Source: Amoebophrya sp. A120
Taxonomy: Eukaryota > Protista > Dinoflagellata
NCBI GenBank assembly: GCA_905178155.1
Contig: CAJINV010000001.1
Span: 13,553,712 to 13,617,711, forward strand
DNA: 64,000 bases
Direction of reading: 5' to 3'
The position numbers and the translations under genes are program-made. Below, in pieces: positions 36,803-49,900 of the stretch. The notes beneath the pieces are model-generated. The model searched no databases and was not told the DNA's origin. It saw only the letters and a program-made list of their open reading frames with translations. How positions within the stretch are numbered: the first letter of the stretch is position 1; each line of letters begins with the position of its first letter.

Positions 36803-37396
36803 ATGTTTGGTGCGAAGACGCCGATGGCGCTGAAGGGCTTGCAGCAGGAAGCGGAAGACATGTTCTCGGATGAGGGCGGAAACAAGTCGCCGCGCGGGGC
36901 GGCCCCGCGCAATGAAGGGAGCGGCAAGGACGGGAGCGCCAGCGACAACGAAAGGCGGTCGAGGAGGTCCAAACGGTCCAAGCGCCCCCCCTCCAGCTCG
37001 GGCAGTGACTCCGATGGCGGCGCCCGGAGGGGGGAAGCCGAGCAGGACTGCATGGACCAGACTCTCTGCACCCTGGCCGGCTGCAAGATCACGGGTTTCT
37101 GGACGGGGGTCATTGTGGGTTCGGTGATGCTGGTGACCATCGTTATCGTAATTATCGTCTGCACGCGCGGATCCGAAAAGGAGGAGGAGGACGACGAATC
37201 GGAGGGCAGCGGCTTCCTGCAAAATGTCGGACTTCTCGGAAGACGAGGCGCAGCCGCCCTGGGGACGACGGGCGACAGCGCGAAGCCGTTTTCGCACCCT
37301 AGGCTCCGGGGGTCGAAGGCCGCGCGCTCGGCCGCCTTCGCGGGTTCGGAATTTGTGGAGGTGTGGAGCAGTCCCAAAGACGTGATTAAGTTGTAA
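36803..37396 (+). CDS. Single-TM SFLE/RLRG-family protein 1
   Basis: Disordered N-terminus, Cys cluster, TM FWTGVIVGSVMLVTIVIVIIVC, acidic stretch, SGFLQ, PRLRG. Confidence 0.75.
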   Translation: MFGAKTPMALKGLQQEAEDMFSDEGGNKSPRGAAPRNEGSGKDGSASDNERRSRRSKRSKRPPSSSGSDSDGGARRGEAEQDCMDQTLCTLAGCKITGFWTGVIVGSVMLVTIVIVIIVCTRGSEKEEEDDESEGSGFLQNVGLLGRRGAAALGTTGDSAKPFSHPRLRGSKAARSAAFAGSEFVEVWSSPKDVIKL

Positions 37397-38652
37397 AGGA
37401 CCCATTTTTCGACGCTCGAGTTGATGCAGTTTTTCGGATAGGAGCACGCAGTTTTATTGTCCAACGTAGATTGTGAATGTTGATTGTCTTTGAAGATTTT
37501 TAATTTTAGTGTTACGTATTTTTTCAGGCATGGCATTTTTCTTCATTTTTTCCCCAACTCTTCTCATTTGTAATTAACGATAACGACCCCGCCTCTCTTG
37601 GCACTAGCTGTAACTTTTTACTCTTTAACTTTTTGATGTTTGTCGCATAATTTTGCTCTCCCCCACTGGCATTTTGAAGAATTAACGAGAAAGAGCTAAG
37701 TACACTATACCTTTCAGTTCGTTGTTGTCAGCACTGATGAAGAAGTCTTTTTTTACAGTATGGACCTGCCAGACTTTCCAGCCCGCGAGTGTTGCGCCGT
37801 CCGTCAAAGATCATGGCCATACAGCGCATAGGAGGCGACACATATGAGTAACGGCCAAGGCAGCGAGTGCTTGATTTTTTTTGCGCTGGTAACACGACGC
37901 ACCATTCTCGGGAGGCAGGGAAAAGAATCAATTGTTTTACGTACACGATCACGAACAAAGCATGTGGACATGAAAAAGTATATAGTTTCGCGCACCCGGT
38001 CGTTCCCTTCGCCGATTTTTCGCTCGCTTACCCGATTTCTTTGGTAGGTTCGACGTATACTCGAAAACAATTTTCGGTCACAGAGAAGTCATTTCAGATT
38101 TCCTTTCATCGTGATTTCTTCAGTTTTGAAGAATATAGATTGCTTTCGGTACTGCCACCTTCGTCATTGCGAACAGTCATTGCGAATCTGTTCGTCTCAG
38201 CTTCGAGTTCGGTTCTTGTTTCGCTTTCAACTTTAAACAAAACGTCGGTGCCATGCGGTTGCTTTGTCATGTTCGGTTCCGCTGTTTCGTAATGTACACG
38301 GTTAGTAGTTCTGATATAAGTGTCCGGATATTGTCGAACTTTCCGAATCCCGACAATCATGCTGACCCAATTAACCTGCCAGAAGTACTAAAATTCCCCG
38401 GTTTGAAAATTAATGGAGAAAAAAAGACTGTTGCTGTTCCCAATCCCATCAATTATGTCTATATTCCCCCTTTATTTTTGAAGAGCCTCCTGCTCCACCT
38501 AAAGAAGTTTTTCTTTCTTTTTTCGTATGCCGCAGCGGCAGCCCCACGGATTCACTACTTGAAATGGCACGACGTAATAAGCTTCTCCCTTCGTTCGGAA
38601 AATAAAAGCTGCACTCGATAAATCACGCCATCGGCCTACGCGCAAGGAAGGA

Positions 38653-39477
38653 ATGGAGGAAATTTCGGAAGATTCGGAAAGCGCTGCACTGCTGGCCGAG
38701 GAGAGCAAAAATGACCCGGGCGAGGATGTTGAACGCGCGACCACCGCAACAAAGATGCCGCCGAAAAATCTTAGAAGTGAGGGTAGCGGCTTGAGATCCT
38801 CGTCTTCTTCGAGCGACGGCAGCGGTGGAAGCAGACGGAAAGCAAAGGAGTCTACGTTTTTGAGCGGGCGACAGCGCACTTCCTTATCAAAGCAGTCGCT
38901 GTCGAAGCAGTCGTTTAAGGACGAGAGGAGCCCCCGCCGTTCGATGTCAAGACAGAATGCGTCGGTGTCGAAACAGAGCAGGCAATCCATGTCGAGAATG
39001 GACAAAAAGCCGCCGCAGCATCATTCCTCGTCGTCGGATAGTGATCCGGAGCACCACGATTGTATGGAGGTTCCCTTTTGCGACTGTGGTTGTGTTATCC
39101 TGACAAGGTTCTGGTGTGCGGTGGTCGTTGCCGTTTCTTTATTCGTCGGCCTGGGCACAATCATAGTCATCCTCTTGATCGTCAAGAACAACAAGGATCA
39201 GGACCAAACGGTTGAATTGAAAGAGGCAGAAGAAGACCGTCGTCAAGCGGGCCAGGTCGCCATTGAGTCCGCGTTTTTGGAGATGGATTTCTACCCCACC
39301 TCGGGACGAGAGAGGAGGCGCCCGCGGCCCGCAGACTATGAGAACATACAGCCTGAAAAGACACCGAGGTTGCGAGGAACCCGAAAAGCGCAAATGCGCG
39401 CTTCGCGTGCCGCCGCGCTTGCAGCGTCGGAATCGAGGACTGTGGATTTGCTTAGCGAGATGAAGAGGGGACACTAG
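38653..39477 (+). CDS. Single-TM SFLE/RLRG-family protein 2
   Basis: DCMEVPFCDCGC, TM FWCAVVVAVSLFVGLGTIIVILLIV, SAFLE, PRLRG. Confidence 0.75.
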   Translation: MEEISEDSESAALLAEESKNDPGEDVERATTATKMPPKNLRSEGSGLRSSSSSSDGSGGSRRKAKESTFLSGRQRTSLSKQSLSKQSFKDERSPRRSMSRQNASVSKQSRQSMSRMDKKPPQHHSSSSDSDPEHHDCMEVPFCDCGCVILTRFWCAVVVAVSLFVGLGTIIVILLIVKNNKDQDQTVELKEAEEDRRQAGQVAIESAFLEMDFYPTSGRERRRPRPADYENIQPEKTPRLRGTRKAQMRASRAAALAASESRTVDLLSEMKRGH

Positions 39478-40703
39478 CTGTGAGCCTTTAATTTTTTTGT
39501 ACTCCGCCAAGAGCTACGTACTTACCATCTATCAAAGAAGTTTTGTCATTTTTTACTTGGAAGGTTTCATTTCATGTCGCGTATTCTTTCCTTGTGATCG
39601 CGACCCTGCTCATTTTCACTGTTTTTGACGTTGTTATTGACGTTGGTTGTCATTTTTACAGATAAAGATTCACATCGATCCTGCTAGATTCTTCCGCTCG
39701 TATTTCATAAGTGTATAACACTGACTACACACGGACACGCAGAGCTCCAGTGAAGCAAAGATATTTATTTGAATGTTTGTCTTCGTCAAAATCAATCTCC
39801 CTCTCTTATACTCGCCGTGCCCCATGGGAAGGAGGAGCTGCATATTTCTTCTTAGAGTGCGAGTGCTCTCGTATGGTGTTTACCACCTACGGGACAGACG
39901 ACCAACGCACTGACTTCTCTCTGGGCGCGCACAAATTTTCGTTTCGTACTGACGCCGTTAGACAGGAAGGTCGGTATTTGTCTTGTGCAGCCCCGTTGAA
40001 TATAGCCAGGTCGGTTCGCTTTGTGCATCATTATCACCTCATTCAGCCTCGGTTTGTCGAGTTTTTCTCGGTGTACGTCGTCTTTTCTGTGCTGGAGCCA
40101 CTTCGAAGGTCTTTCGGTTTGAGCAAATTCGCGCATGAGCAGTCGCAGTGACGCCGACCCAGCGGCTTCGGTGCAGCCACGGTGCTTGCATTGTCTTCGT
40201 ATTTGTGACGTCCTCTCCTGGTGGTAGCTAATTTACCAAATGCTACTTAGGACGTGTAGCTGCGGCTCGGTTCTATGCGACTACTCATGTCTGTGCGTTT
40301 TCTTAAAATCGACTCACCGGTTCTCCTCCAGGCGTCTTTCTCCTGTTATTAATTTTTTTTACAAGTCGTACACAATATCACGTCCCCAAGTATTCTTTCA
40401 TCTGAAGCTCGCTTGTCGAAGATTCGCTTTTATTTTTATGCCGTTTCTTGAATTTTGCTTTCAAAAACAAAGCCGATTGGACTTCTGACCGATGTGCTTT
40501 ATTTGACTTTGGCTTCCCTTCCGTAGTTCTAGTTCACCTTTCCTTCAAGACTAAAAATGTTTTCGCGTCGATCGCAAGTGCGAGGGTCTAGCAGCAGAGC
40601 CTTGCCTTGTTTTTGACCAGCAGTAGTTGTTCCGTTTTGATTACAACATTGAAGACCACTACTCTACTCACGAATTCGCTGAACGGCTCTTTACCCCATC
40701 AAC

Positions 40704-42569
40704 ATGGGCAACACCAACTCGAATTCCACCGGCCTCGTTTTCCCGGAGTCCACCTCGGTGGGGAGACAGGCGGGAGAAGCGGAACTGGATGAAGATGACG
40801 CATCGACGTCAGGTTCCTCCGAGGAGCAGACGGCATCGAACGAAGAGGAAAATTTTGGTGTGGAAAGACCGCTGGTGCAGTTGCGGCGGTCCCGAAATAC
40901 ACGGCAAAAGGAAGTACAACAGCCTAGGAGTCCTCGTCCGGAGGGGGAGGGAACCTACTACGACAGCGGCGATGATCAAGCCGGCAGTCAACTGTTCGCT
41001 GGGGCAAGCACCAACCAAAGCGGTGCGGGCATGGCGACGGCAGCGACGAAGCGGTACCACAGCGGACGACAACAGCACCGTTCGAAGGGAAAGGGTAAAG
41101 GGAAGGAGCACAGCTACAAGTCGGCCCTCAGCGGCGGATCTTCGCCTGTTCCTATCAAGAGTGAAGAACGCAGTTGTACTTTTAGTATCTCTGTATAATA
41201 TTCTTGCGTCGCTGCTGCTAGAAAGCTTCATGGGCCGGCGCTGCTCTGCAAAAATATGTATCTATGTGGTCCAATACTTGATGTTGACCAAAAGTAAAAG
41301 AGCAGGGTGTTTCTGGCAAGGGCCCGGCACTGCCACATCAGATGAATAAAATTGTAGATACAAAAGAAGGGCTGGAGTTTTACTCCTGATAGGGACCTTC
41401 TCAGGAGACTTCGGCGAAGAAGAAGTTGACTCCTCGCCCAGGGACAAGATCCAGAAAAGGGAGGGTGAAGAAAAGCAGCCAACTGTTGCTGGCGGGGCCT
41501 CGCAGGTCTCCACGATGTCCCCCGCCTCTCGCAGTACCGCCTCCCGGGCAACCGCGATGCCGAGACCGGGCTACTCGTCCAGTGCCGGAACTAAAGCTAC
41601 CGACTATTCCTCCACGGGGGGCGCAAAACCTTCTACTATCACGACCGGGCGCTCGCCCTCCGGGGCGGGGTCGTCGAGACATCACTTGGAGAAACAGCAC
41701 ACCGGCGAACATACCGACGGCTTCTGGTCAAGTTGGAGCCGCCCGATCTACTGGATGGGAAGCTGTCCGATCTCTCTGGGACTGCTCTTCGTCCTGTGTG
41801 GGGGGATCGTCCTCCTGGGCACGTTCATTGGCGTGATGGCATGCATGTGCGCCCCGAGTGAAGAAGCGGAGGAAGAGAAAACCGAGAATCAGTCGTCCTT
41901 TGTGGCGCTGCGTCGTGGGCGGCGCTGGCGCCACGCATCGGGAATCGACCGGCCGAGACTCCGCGGGGCACTGATTACGAAGATGATGACTGCATGTTCA
42001 CTTTACTTGTTTTGTTTTGCACACTAGGATCGATTGTTGAAAAATACTGTCGAAGAAACGGCTAGTGCTCGACATTGGTGTTCTTTTTGGGCTTGATAGT
42101 ACTATGAAGAATTACAACCGCACCAAAAAGAACACGCTCACGATCCGCCACCGCAGCCCCGGGATTATGAAATGTGGATCATATGCTGCCTCATGGACGT
42201 ATGTTGCTGTTTTTAATCCCGTACGCGAAAAATGTCGATGTACTCCCGCAAGCTAGAACTACATATGTTTATACGATTTGATGAGGCTAATGGTTTTGCA
42301 GGACGCGTTGTCACGCAGGACTGCCACCAGTGCAGGAAAAGCAAAACAAGAAACTTTGCACCTCTATTACAACTCGCAGTGCCAGACAGTTGGCCGCTTC
42401 CCGCGCCGCTGAGGTCACCCCCTTCGAGGAGGCCTCTAGCGCGGCATCGGTGGACGGTGAGGGGGAATCTTCCCCGGCGGACCAGCAGTCAGCGGACCAA
42501 CACGCGGCGGACCAGCACTTGGCGGACCAGCACTCAGCGGTCGGCCATCATTCGGCGACACCCAAGTAA
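40704..42569 (+). CDS. Single-TM SFLE/RLRG-family protein 3 (MGNTNS start; introner at 41153; probable last exon ~42380..42569, otherwise ends 42027)
   Basis: Exons join in frame across the element; TM LGLLFVLCGGIVLLGTFIGVMACMC, SSFVA, PRLRG. The segment ARQLAASRAA resembles the tails of proteins 1 and 2. Confidence 0.65.
41153..41391. mobile_element. Introner (239 bp), TSD decayed
   Basis: Left tatcaagagtgaagaac vs reverse complement of right tatcaggagtaaaactc. Removing 244 nt joins SSP to GTFSGDFGEEE in frame. Confidence 0.7.
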
Positions 42570-44133
42570 AAACTCTCGGTTTTAATATACGATAAGCATC
42601 TTCACGAGCAACCTGGAGCGGAGGAGTAGCCGCATCGACGGGCAACTCTGATCACGATGAATGCTGATTTCCATTTTTTTCGACTCCCAGAGATTTTTAA
42701 GCCTCGGGGTTACTTTTATTCGCATACTAGAGCTAAACTAAAATTTTGTGTTATTGCATTCGGTCTTTCGTTACACATCTTGCTAGTACTATTGTCATTG
42801 CATTTTCCACCAGGTAAAGATTTCATTTCAACACTGAACCACTTGCTTTTTTTTGTTTGGCCTTACATTGATTTGACTCGCACGTAACATTTATTTAGAG
42901 TATTGAAACCGTTTCTCTAGCGTTCTGCCTACCTCTCAGGGGGAGTGGATTATCTCGGCATATTGAATATTGCCGGGCTGTTACTTTCTGTTTATTCTGA
43001 AGGTGGAGACCCTGCTCTGAGAAGCCATGAGATGTCTCCTCCGCGTAAATGCACGGACTATGCCGCGACGTCTAGTATCCCTTGCGAACAAGAAAAGGCA
43101 ACAAGAAGTACAAGTGGAAGGTAGCAGTTTTGTTGGTCGGTAGTAATGCCCTCCGGAGCAGAGGTTTTGGTTTTCTCTCGATCAGCCCCCGGGATTCGAT
43201 GTGTCCGTTTCAATACTTCCGTTTTGGCAAGGATGAATAAGATAAAATGCAAATGAACTACACCAGTTTTGCGTGGTAGTGCGTCGGTGTCGTATGAGTT
43301 GATATTTTCGGTCTTCGTCCATTGATTTTTGCCATCTGCGATGAATATTCAGTCATTCCGCAGTGGCCATCTTCGTCTCTTTGCTCTATCGGTGATTTTT
43401 CCGCTGACAACTCGGTGTTGAACTCCTGGATGAGCGTGTGAAATTTAGAACGCCTTTTTATTCTGTCGGTGCGAAGCAGAGAATCAATCATGAGGCTCGG
43501 TTTTGTACGTCGTGCAACTTGCTTATCGTTTTTCTCTTGTCATCGCTTGCCTTTCGTTGTTGCAAGGCCGCGCCAGCCACGCTGCGCATTGCTAGTCGTA
43601 CTTTTTGAAACAAGCGGCAATGAATCCTGCCGTCTCTCTTTTTTTATCTTTTTAGTAGATTGCATTGATTGTGTACTCCCCCCAAAATTTTGTACATTGT
43701 GACCCGATACGAGAATCAATGCTAAGCGATGTACTCCCCCCGAAATGTACACTGATCTGAGACGAGAACTCAATACAATTCTAAGCTAATATCACCTTTT
43801 AAATCGTTTTTTTCTTCCTCCTCGAATTTATTTAAGAGCCATTCTCCGAATCGCGCTAGCAACATGTGTTGATGTAGCAGCCCTGTTGCTCATCGTATTT
43901 CTTCTTCATCTCGCGTCGTTGCCTATGTGCTTTACTATGTTGGTACAACACGATGTACTCTTACTACTACCGCTGCGTGCAGAACAGCATAGCACGAAGA
44001 CTACTGTACAACATGCAATTGTTATTTGTACGGAGATCAAGTACTAAAAGTTGGTCGTGATCAACCATCAATCGATCCTGATTGAACACAAAGTTCATCA
44101 TCTTTCCTCGTTCTGCTGACAGGACAAGAAGTC

Positions 44134-45603
44134 ATGGGAAACGCGAAGAGCTTGTCGCTAGCGGAAGCCAGAGAAATTGTGGACCAGATGGAGGAGGAGG
44201 AAGGGCTTTTCTCCGGCGACGAAGTCACGGTGGAGGAACTTCAGGTTGCGAAGGAAACCTACTTCGACGACGAACACTTTGACGACGATGTTGATGCAAA
44301 AACATCAAAACTCAAGCAGCCACTTCTGAACAGGGAAGATGTAACATCGGTGGAAAGACCAGTTGGAGCCGGTTCGTCTGTCGACACAAATAATCTTCGC
44401 GCGAATATTAAAACTAAGCATCAGGGAACAATACCACGACGGCCGGAGGGCGAGGGCCCTGGAAGCTTTGATTCCAACGAGCGGGTTACCATTCAAGTGT
44501 CCCCCGGCACCGGGGAAGATGTGCCCGTGGAAATGTTCGGCCTGACTCCGCCGTCGACTTTGGGCCACGCGAATCTCATGAAACCTCGCACCGCACCAGC
44601 ACCAGGCGGACGCATCTCGGGTGTGGTCAAGAGTGCCTTCGTGACGGGAGACAAAGAGACTTCCGGAAGAGCACCTTTTGTGCGCGACTCGTTCGGCCCC
44701 CGAAAATCGCGAAGCTCGACGTCGTCTATCCCCCCGGTGAGCGACATTACGACCTCGCTTCACCGAGAGCGAGGCGAGCGGCTGAACCGCGAACCGGGCT
44801 CGGCCGCAGCGCCGCATGGCCGTTTCAGTGCGCGGACCGCGCAGAAGCAGTTCCGGTCGGCGGGGGCTAAGCACAAGCAGTCGAGGGAGAACCTGATCCG
44901 GGGAAGTCGAGGAGTGCGGATCGAAGACGAGGAAGATGATGATGAGCGCGTGTTCGACCACAATTCCCATTCTGGTTCCGAAGAATCAGTGTACGCCAAC
45001 CTGAGCCTGAACCTGAACCCGAACGCACCATTGCCGGCTCCCCCCCCCGCGCTCGGCGCGAACCTCGTCGACCTACTGCACGGCGAAGGGTCGGGGAAAC
45101 AGCGGAGCCTGTTGGTCGAATCCGGACAGTCGGGCCAGCAGAGCGCCGGCCAGCGGAGCTTTGCGCTGGAGTCGGGGCAACTTACCGACGACGGCCGGAA
45201 AAAAATGAGTAACATCATGGCCAATGTCCGAACAAATACCGATTCGTTCAGGAACGGAAGCCGGGGTCGCGATGGAATCGCGGCTGGCGATGAAGACGAG
45301 GATGATGATCGCGACCCGGTGAATTGGACGTTGGTGTGGCTCGCCTTAGCGGGGGTTGGCCTCCTCATCGTGATTGGTGCCGTCGTGATCGTCATGTGCT
45401 GTTGCAAGAACAAGGCGGACGCGGACGACGACGATGGAAACGATGAGAACGAAGGAGGTAACAACGGCAACAAGAAGAACGCAAAGACAACCGGAAAGTC
45501 AGCGTTTTTGGAGGACTGGCGACCTCTCAACGTCCGGCTGCGCGGGAGCGTCGCGCTTATGAACTTGAATTCGGTCGTCGTCGGCCCCACAACCAGTCCC
45601 TGA
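44134..45603 (+). CDS. Single-TM SFLE/RLRG-family protein 4 (MGNAKS start)
   Basis: 489-aa ORF; TM WTLVWLALAGVGLLIVIGAVVIVMCCC, acidic stretch, SAFLE, VRLRG. Confidence 0.8.
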   Translation: MGNAKSLSLAEAREIVDQMEEEEGLFSGDEVTVEELQVAKETYFDDEHFDDDVDAKTSKLKQPLLNREDVTSVERPVGAGSSVDTNNLRANIKTKHQGTIPRRPEGEGPGSFDSNERVTIQVSPGTGEDVPVEMFGLTPPSTLGHANLMKPRTAPAPGGRISGVVKSAFVTGDKETSGRAPFVRDSFGPRKSRSSTSSIPPVSDITTSLHRERGERLNREPGSAAAPHGRFSARTAQKQFRSAGAKHKQSRENLIRGSRGVRIEDEEDDDERVFDHNSHSGSEESVYANLSLNLNPNAPLPAPPPALGANLVDLLHGEGSGKQRSLLVESGQSGQQSAGQRSFALESGQLTDDGRKKMSNIMANVRTNTDSFRNGSRGRDGIAAGDEDEDDDRDPVNWTLVWLALAGVGLLIVIGAVVIVMCCCKNKADADDDDGNDENEGGNNGNKKNAKTTGKSAFLEDWRPLNVRLRGSVALMNLNSVVVGPTTSP

Positions 45604-46960
45604 GAGTCACCAGATATCAACCATAGTGCCGTTTTTTTGCATATACAGCATACAGTGCGCGGCAAAGTTAGTAGTGTCCCCTGCTGTGTATAAAATGATT
45701 TTCAGGCCACCAAGATGAAGAAATAAATGAAAAACAAGAGAGGCGCGGCTTCGTTCAACAGCCCCTGTTTCCTGGGCACAGTTATCGTGGCTCGAGGGAA
45801 AAAATGTAGTTGTGGGGGCAGGCGTTTTGCATTAGGATAAATCGCCAATCAGCCGCATCGCGGGCAGCGGCTTCAACACTATCCTCTGCCAACGAAGGAG
45901 TTCCAATGGTGGACTACGATTTCAAGCGGGTCTCGGGTGGTGAATCTTAAATGCTTTCGACTCTTTTCACTTTACATTACATATCTGTTTAGCATCACGT
46001 TTCTTTTACTGGTTTATTTTTTACAGCTTTTACAAAGAAAAACAAAAATTCCAAGCTTTGAGCTTTTTTGAACTCATATCGAAGATTTCATAGTTATTCC
46101 AATGACCTTAAAAAAGAGCGTCCATCGCGAACTCGGAGAATTACTAGCGTGGGTTGAAGCGACATCGTCGTTGTGTGCCTGCACCATTTTTTTGTTTATT
46201 TTTTCATACTAACTTTCAATAACGTAAAGAAAAAGAATAGAACTACAATTAGCCCCCTCTTCGGCCTATCAGGTCTGGGCGCTCAACATCTACCGATACT
46301 ACAAAGATTTTTGCTTGAGTACTTGAGTAACAGAAATGGAAGTAATTGCTTTCGCAGAAAAGCTTTCGAGTAGGGTAATTTTTTTTGCCCCTCGTGCTCC
46401 CTGTTTAGTGTACTCATTGCCACCTCCTCCGTGGTCCTATCTTGCTTCGGTAGAGCGCGTCGTTAATTTCGGTCCTGATTTCGTGAGCTTTTCGGATGAC
46501 TTCAGTTTTTGGTTTTCGGTTGTCGAGTACACATGTTGTTTTTCGGTTTTCGTCCATCTTGCGCCTGATTGGATTTGGCAGGCTACTTTAGCTTATGTCT
46601 GATGTATCATTTCGGCAGCCCAGTAATTTTCACCTGCTATGCTACTAGTTCGTTTCGGAAAAAACACAGTTCTTCCGTTGACACAGCTGCTATAACCCCA
46701 TTAAGTTTTGTACACAGTAGTCGATGTAAAAAGTAGTAACAGGAATTTGATCATCATCATCTCAATGTCAATCTCCTCCATATATAATTTCGATTGTAGT
46801 TTAAGTTTTCCTTTTCTAAAGCTTGCTTCAACCAGCAGCAGCGCCGGCATAGCTTGAGACGCCTAGCTACTCGGCGGGCGTATCGTTTTGTTTTCGCGCG
46901 TGGGTTGTTGTTTTGCGCGAACGCGATTTTTTGATTTCTGACGACAAGGCGAACGCGATC

Positions 46961-49900
46961 ATGGGAAATAGCAACGTGATTATGGGCAATGGTGCTTTCT
47001 TTCCTACCGCAGGACAGGACGAAGGCGAAGGGCACCAGGCTGATGCTGCGGAGCAGCAGCTTCAAGAGCCGCTCATCACGACAGGTATGTAACACAGTAA
47101 AGCCACGCTGGTGGAGGTCTGGATATGTGCATTATCGGTCCTAGGCCCTTACCTACAGGCTGCTAGCGCGGCCGCTTCCCGTCTTGCTTGAAAGAGGTCA
47201 GCGAATAAAAGTACCACTTCTAGAGCTTTGCAAATGCTGGAGCGATGGCCGCTGCGACCTTTTTTCGTCTTGTTTTTTGTGGTTCTCACTACATTTTTTC
47301 TTTGGTGTCATAATCGATCTAATCTTGCCGCAGCCTTCTAGAGTTCTCCCGCCCTGACGTCTGCTGTGTACCAGCAGCGATTTCTCTCTTGAGCGGAACT
47401 TATTGATTTGCTTCTTTTCTTCCCCACTACAGGTAGAAGATCCGGGTCGCGGCGGAGCCGAACGAGCGGCCGGCAAAACCAGGACCCGAGGCTACTGAAC
47501 CGCCACCAGCCCGTGTACAGCAAGGGAAGACCGGCGAATAAATCACGGGCTAGTAGTACAACCGAGGGTGACGGACCGGCACTGGCCGCTATTCAGGAGG
47601 GGGAGGCTTTCGAGAATGTTTTAGCCGCCGGGGGCAGTGACGATGAAGGTGGGCCCCCGCACGGGCTCTTCAGCGAGCTCAACCAGCCTGCCGTGTTTGG
47701 CCTTCCGAGCAGTCTTCCCCCCACTGCGTCGGATGAGGAGCACCTCGATTTGGGCAACGCGTCCGCCGAAACCATAATGACGGAAGCACCGATGTCGGGG
47801 GAAGGGATCACGAGTCTCATCCTGGAGAGTGTGCTGCGGAGTGGGGTTAGCGATGAAGGGAGCGCTATCCTGAGTAAAAACGTACCCACACCAGAGTCAG
47901 GATGGGGATTTTGCAACACAAACCTAGGAGTTTTGTGAGTCACGCATGACAAGTTGCGCTATGCAGTGTAGTGCAGGTTAGCAAGTGCAGCCGCATCACA
48001 GATTCATCTGCTCATCCTGTTCACAGCATCACAAATTCCAAAACACGACTGGAAATGGCTCTCATGGGGATGCGCATTACAAGTCTTCCTGTCTTTGCAA
48101 ATCTGCATTACAACTCTGGTGTGTCAAGCCATCTGCGGCCTGGGGCAGGGGGGGGGGCAAAGTGTGCTGCAATTCCGTTTAGCATTACAACTCTGGTGTG
48201 GGTATGTTTTTACTCAGGATAAGCGCCCCGTCCAAGGCGGCGACGTTGAGCGCGATGACGGGCACGAGTGCGCCCTCCACGGCATCCGTTAACACGCTCG
48301 GACAGATATCAAAAGGAAAAATCCCCCCTTCCCATATCGAAAACGAAATTTGTGATTCTGTATTTGAGTACACAAATCGACTTGTAATGCTAGAAGGCCA
48401 AGAGCCGCAGTCGTGGCCTAGTTTGCAGGTAATTTGTCATGTTGTTTCCCACTTCCGCCGCGTCCTGTCATGCTGAAGACGCAAGGCTTTCCCACGCCAA
48501 CCAGCCCTACAGTCCGCATCTTTTCCCTTCTAGCATGACAAAGCTGTGACCACAAATCTGCATCACAGATTTTCGTTTTGATGTGGGGAGCGGGAATTTT
48601 TCCTCTTGATAACAGATGGCAGCTGGCGCCGCGGGTGGATCTCGCCCGGGCGTGTCGACGCAGTCCACCTTCGGCAGTTTTCTGACGCTGAAAAGTCAGA
48701 TCTCCAGCTCTAAATTGGTGAGCGACGCGCGGCAGACCGCACAGCCGGACAACACGTGGGTTCCTGCGCAGTTCGGCATGCACCAGCCCGGCACGGGAGA
48801 CGCAGGCAGCGGAACAAACGAAATTTCGCCCAGGGGCACCACTCTGGGCGAAATTGCAGGCATCACGTCCTCCGCCGGGGGTGCTCGCCGGGAGTCGGTC
48901 ACGCTCGGGCAGCTGGCGGGCATCGCGGGGGCGGCGTCGCCCCCGGGAAGCAACGACCAATCGGGGTCCAATATGGATGGGTCAGGTGTGGGAAATGCAC
49001 AAAATGGAAATGTGTTTGTAGAATGCATGTGCTGATGTGCTCCCTCTAGGACGGGCAAAAGCTCCGTATTGCATGGGAGGCAATAACGGAAGAAGATTGT
49101 ATGTAATGCTGACAGGCCCGCCTGAACAGCGTGAGTGAATGCCTCAACGCGTTTGAGAAATTCTGTCGCTTGGAGGTGCGGATGCCACATTTTTTACTGT
49201 GGAGCCGCTTCTAGTCATCACAAGTAAAAATGATTTCTGCGGAAGCGTGCTTTTTGGGTCGGGGTTGTGTAGTTTGTTTGCGACTCATCTCGGTTCTTTA
49301 GCATGACAAAGCATCTACTCCAGGTTGGGTGTAATTTCCCTTCTGACACTTCCATATCTAAAGCGATGAGTCGCGGGGGGCGTACGACCGCGCAACCGGA
49401 TTCGGACCCGGCGTGGATGCCTGGCCAATTTGGGCATCGGGAGGATCATCCTTCCCAAGGAGACACGGAGGCGCACTGGATGTTTCAAAATGGTCAACAA
49501 AGGCCCTCCCAAAACCAGCAAGGGGGGCCTGCCAACGCCGCAGATGGGGACACTGAGGCGCACTGGATGTTTCAACAGGGCCAACGGCCGTCCCAAGCGG
49601 ACCGCCAACAAGGGGCGGATCCTTTCTACGGCGCAACGGATGCTGCAGATGCAGACGCGCACTGGATGTTTCAAGAAGGGCAGCAAAGGCCCGGGCAAGG
49701 CGGCGTGGCCGCAGGCGTACCTGGCGATGAAGACACCGAGGCGCATTGGATGTTCCTTCAACAGCAAGCGCAGATGAATGCGCAGTACGACCATAAGGCC
49801 GGGGCGCACATGGGCATGATTGCGGCGACCAGGAAGAAGGTAAACTGCTGGTTCGAGGTGCTGCACCAGTGTGGACCGTTCAAAGTCACGCGGTTTTCGA

